A DNA stretch of 64,000 nucleotides from Squalus acanthias (taxonomy: Eukaryota). The notes under the pieces are model-generated. The model was not told where the DNA came from. It searched no databases and saw only the letters and a program-made list of their open reading frames with translations. Location: positions 63,798,001 through 63,862,000 of the forward strand of contig CM059441.1 of the NCBI GenBank assembly GCA_030390025.1. Reading direction: 5' to 3'. Positions 60,095 through 64,000 of this stretch are shown here, piece by piece; position 1 is the stretch's first letter; every line of letters starts with the position of its first letter. The translations under genes were made by a program, and so were the position numbers.

Positions 60095-60510
60095 TATTGT
60101 CACAGTGCCAGGACACAAAGAGTTAACAGTTTTCTTTCAACACAAGACTGTGATGCTTCTTTTCAACAAAATGATGTTTGTTCACTAGTTCCCGCTTCCT
60201 GATTTGATTCACAGTGACACAACAACACTTTCTAATTAAATCCACAGAGGGAGCAGCACAGGAAGAGGCCATTTAGCCCAAGCAGTGCGTGTCAGCAACT
60301 ATTCCCCAGACGAGAAGTCAGACAGGCCCTCGGTAAGTAACGTAATGATTGTAATTCACTTCCAGGACCAACGTCGTCCTTTGTTGGTGTTGAGAATTTA
60401 TAAAGACAGATTCCAATGATTGAAACCTTCTAAAGATTTCTACTATTTATTCAGAGGTGGGTTTAGGACCCAAGTCTGTCGTGCAGGACTTCTTTCTAAT
60501 TCAAGGGCCG
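60095..60510 (+). promoter_or_regulatory. Paralogous copy of the candidate promoter/first exon at 37585-37990
   Basis: Colinear similarity; CGCTTCCT, TGATTCA, CAGGAAG; strong donor g|gtaagt at 60333. Confidence 0.5.
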
Positions 60511-61438
60511 AGTGAAGTCCAGCGACTTAAGCTCCGTATTCGAGGCCAACACTCCCAGCACAGTGCTGAGGGACGCTGCACTGTCAGGGGGCAGTACTGA
60601 AGGAGCACTGCACTGTCGGAGGTGTCGTCATTCGGATGAGAGCTTAAACCAAATCCCCATCTGCATTACTATTCCACTTCTCTCCCTCCATCCCTGCTTC
60701 TCTCATTCCTATCTTTCATAATGTAATCCTTCCTTGCCTCCCTCCCACCTTGCTTCCTTCCTTCCATTCCTCTCCCTTTACTCCTTCCTTCCATCCCTCC
60801 CTCATTCCTATCTTCCTTCCTACACTCTTGTCCCCTTGGATTGGAAATGTCACTCCATTATCTAAGAAGGGTAGGAGAAATAAATTTGGAGATTATAGGC
60901 CTATTAGTCTAACGTCTATTGTGGGGAAGTTACTAATATCTGTTATCAGGGAGAGAGTGACTGAGCACTTGGACAAATACGAACAGATCAGAGAGAGCCA
61001 GCATGGATTTGTAAAGGGTAAATCATGTCTAACGAACCTAGTTGAATGTATTGAGGAGGCAACTAATTAAGGGTAGCGGAAATCTGTAACTCACTCCCCT
61101 AAAAAGCTGTTGAGAGTGGAGGTCAATTGAAAATGTCAAAACTGAGGAATTTTGTTAGGCAAGGATATTAAAGGTTATGGAAACAAGGCGGAAAGATGGA
61201 GTTAAGTTACAGCTCAGCCGTGATCTAATTGAATGGCGGAACAGGCTTGAGGGTTTGAATGGCCTCCTCCTGTTCTTATATTCCAAAACTGATCAGTATC
61301 AGTAATCAAATGCAACATTCTTCAGTATCAATAATCAATGGCACCAATTGTGGGTGGACTTTTCTTATTGGACTCAAAAATACCAAAACGAGATCATGCT
61401 GATTGCCACTCGACTCACTTCCTTTTCTATTACAAAAG

Positions 61439-61567
61439 AAAGAGGAGGAAGACCTAGAAATCAAATCTAAGCGTCACATCAATTCATGTAAAGATCATGA
61501 TATTTACGAAAACTGCAAGTTTGATGAGAGTCCTGTGTATGTGAATGTAGAATCTGAGCAAGAATGA
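61439..61567 (+). CDS. Probable terminal cytoplasmic-tail exon of an Ig-superfamily receptor (KEEEDLEIKSKRHINSCKDHDIYENCKFDESPVYVNVESEQE*)
   Basis: Pyrimidine tract plus AG at 61437-61438; two acidic-context tyrosine motifs (IYENC, VYVNV) just before the stop; unique 3' sequence with AATAAA at ~62411. Confidence 0.6.
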   Translation, partial: KEEEDLEIKSKRHINSCKDHDIYENCKFDESPVYVNVESEQE

Positions 61568-62759
61568 GAAACACGTACTCTGGGAACAGCACAGAAGAGA
61601 ATTATTAAAAACTCCACTTTATCTTCCGAGAAACTACAGGACTTCAACGCCAAACCCCCCACACCCGCAGGAAAAAAAAATTGGTAATAAACTTCTTGGC
61701 ATAATCTGATGCAGTTTCGTAGAGCTGATGTTATCTCACAAATGTAAATGATGATATAGCCCACATCATTCTCACTGGGTTTAATTGAGTGCGTCCTCCT
61801 TCAGGAATGCCCCTCACTTTTGGAGTATTCCTTCTCTCCACTGTGATTATAAATGTCTTTAGGTATTGATCGATATTCCACCAGGACAGAACATATAAAT
61901 TCAATCCCGTGTGTGCGTGTTTAAGGCAATTTTTATTTTGTTATTCTCTTTCCTGTCTGTGAATGTTTACAGAATGGTCGTTACCAAGTGCAGACTTCAG
62001 GGGAAGCAGGGTTAGAGCATAATTGGGCCTGGGCAGATCGGTATAATTTACTCACCATTTTAAAGTCATGCATTTTCTGCATATTTTCATGCGATACTTT
62101 GATTTTATATTATCATTCATAGTTAAATAGAAAAACGAGCAGCAATCTGGGAAGGAGGGACATAGATTAGGCTGGAGAATTGTGAGATTCTCTGCAGTAC
62201 AGACTGAGGAACTGGGAGACACGAAACAGGTGCTCCAGCACCACCAATGGTGGACGGGTGTAATTACAACCTGACATGTTTACATAGGCAGTTCCCATTG
62301 TAAATATGGACGGAGGAATTTATGATGGGGAAAGTTGCGTGCAGATGTAGGTTTTTTTATATATCATAGATGGATAAAACAGATTTTATTACAAAATGAA
62401 CTACAGCTACAATAAACAACTATTTTAATATTTCAATCTTTGTAAGTACAATTAGCAACTGCTGTGATGGCTCAATGGAACGAAGTGGTGTGACATAGAA
62501 TGCAGAGGCAAAGCTCCTAGATCCTGGTTCTGGTCTGTGTTCGATTAAAAGATCTCGACCAGAAGCTTGGGTCAAGGAGTGGGAAAGTAAGTAACGCTCC
62601 TTCTTGTGATCTTGAACCAGTGACTTCCTCTGTTATGCGTGAGTTGAGTGAAGACAGATTTGGATTAGGTGTGCTGCCCTCCATGGTCAAAAAGCCCATC
62701 TGTCCACAAACGTGCAGAATGGCAAAACATTTCTGAATTTTGGTTGAACTTCAGTTGCC

Positions 62760-63065
62760 TCCAAAGAACAGGAGGGGGCCCATTCAACCCCTCTAGCCTG
62801 TTACATAGGAACAGGAGGTGGCCCATTCAGCCCCTCGAGCCTGTTACATAGGAACAGGAGGAGGCCCATTCAGCACCTCACACCTGTTACATAGGAACAG
62901 AGCGAGGTCTTTCAGCCCCTCGAGCCTGTTACATAGGAACAGGAATAGGGCATTCAGCCCCTCGAGCCTGCGCCACCGCTCAATTGGATCATGGCTCATT
63001 TGTACCTCAACTCCATTTACCTCCCTTTGTTCCTTATCCCGGTTTCCTCTTTCTAATCGAAACGT
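62760..63065 (-). repeat. CR1 3' end with ~5 tandem copies of its ~43-bp terminus
   Basis: ttacataggaacaggaggaggcccattcagcccctcgagcctg repeated. Confidence 0.85.
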
Positions 63066-63099
63066 CAATCTATGTTGCGGCAGTTGTGGTCCAGTGTAT

Positions 63100-63735
63100 T
63101 TAGTACTCGCTCTCTCGCCCTCTAACCTCCAGGTCAGAAGTTTGTGGGTTCAAATCCTACTCTAGAGACTTCAACACATACGCTGCACTCCACAGTGCCA
63201 ATACTGAGGGAGCACTGCACTGTCGGAGAAGCAGTACTGAGGGAGTGCTGCACTGGTGGAGGGGCAGTACTGAGGGAGCGCTGCACTAGCGGAGGGGCAG
63301 TACTGATGGAAAGCTGCGCTGTCGGAGTGGCATTACTCAGGGCATGCTGCACTGGTGGAGGGTCAGTACTGAGGGAGCACTGCACTGATGGAAAGGCAGT
63401 ACTGAGAGAATGTTGCACTGGCGGAGGGGCAGTACTGAGGGAGCGCTGCACTGACGGAGGGGCAGTATTGAGGGAGTTGCTGCACTGTCGGAGGTGCCTT
63501 CTTTCAGATGAGACATTAAACGGAGGCCCTGTCTGCTCTCAGGTAGACGTAAAGGTTCCCACTGCCACTATTGGAAGAAGAGCTGAGAAGTTCTCCCCAG
63601 TGTCCGGAGATCAATATTTATCCCTCAACCAACATCACTAAAAAGCAGGTGATCAGGTCATTATCACATTGCTGTTTATTTGGAGTTTGCTCTGCGCAAA
63701 TTGACTGCTGCGTTTCCAACATTACAACAGTTGGG
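63100..63735 (+). mobile_element. Deu-domain SINE with ~9 copies of the 33-bp unit
   Basis: B-box gggttcaaatcc, array, SINE core. Confidence 0.85.
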
Positions 63736-63759
63736 AACATCGTTTACTTTTACTACTCT

Positions 63760-64000
63760 CTTCCTTTTTACATACTTGTAGAAGCTCTTACAATCTGTTT
63801 TTACATTTCTTGCTAGTTTACTTTCATATTCTATTTTTTCACTTTTTATCAATCTTTTGGTTATCCTTTGCTGCTTTCTAAAACGTTCCCAATCATCAGG
63901 CTTACTTTAGTTTTTCACGACATTAAAATCCTCTCCTTTTAACCTAATACTGACCTTAACTTCTTTAGTTCGACACGGATAGATCGCTTTTACAGTGGAG
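63760..64000 (-). mobile_element. CR1 internal fragment
   Basis: Similar to 41410-41620. Confidence 0.7.

Overview
Repeat-dense vertebrate genomic DNA, most likely from a shark or other cartilaginous fish (CR1, L2, RTE LINEs, Deu-domain SINEs, Penelope-like ends, Harbinger-like elements; three N gaps). The host content is a dynamic cluster of Siglec/MAG/CD22-like Ig receptor genes. Gene A (- strand) has an intact leader and V-set exon, but the sialic-acid-binding Arg is replaced by Tyr; the gene runs off the left edge. An inverted, pseudogenised paralog of gene A lies at ~33.3-36.7 kb. Gene B (+ strand) has a leader, an Arg-containing V-set exon and two damaged C2 exons. An orphan terminal cytoplasmic exon at 61.4 kb carries two YxN motifs. 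Upstream of the gene A leader is a defective endogenous retrovirus (5' LTR, tRNA-Ser PBS, gag stub, RT/tether/RNase H/IN, env). Its env has a paramyxo/pneumovirus F-like layout, which suggests a lokiretrovirus-type element. Exon boundaries were read by eye from splice signals; repeat boundaries are approximate.
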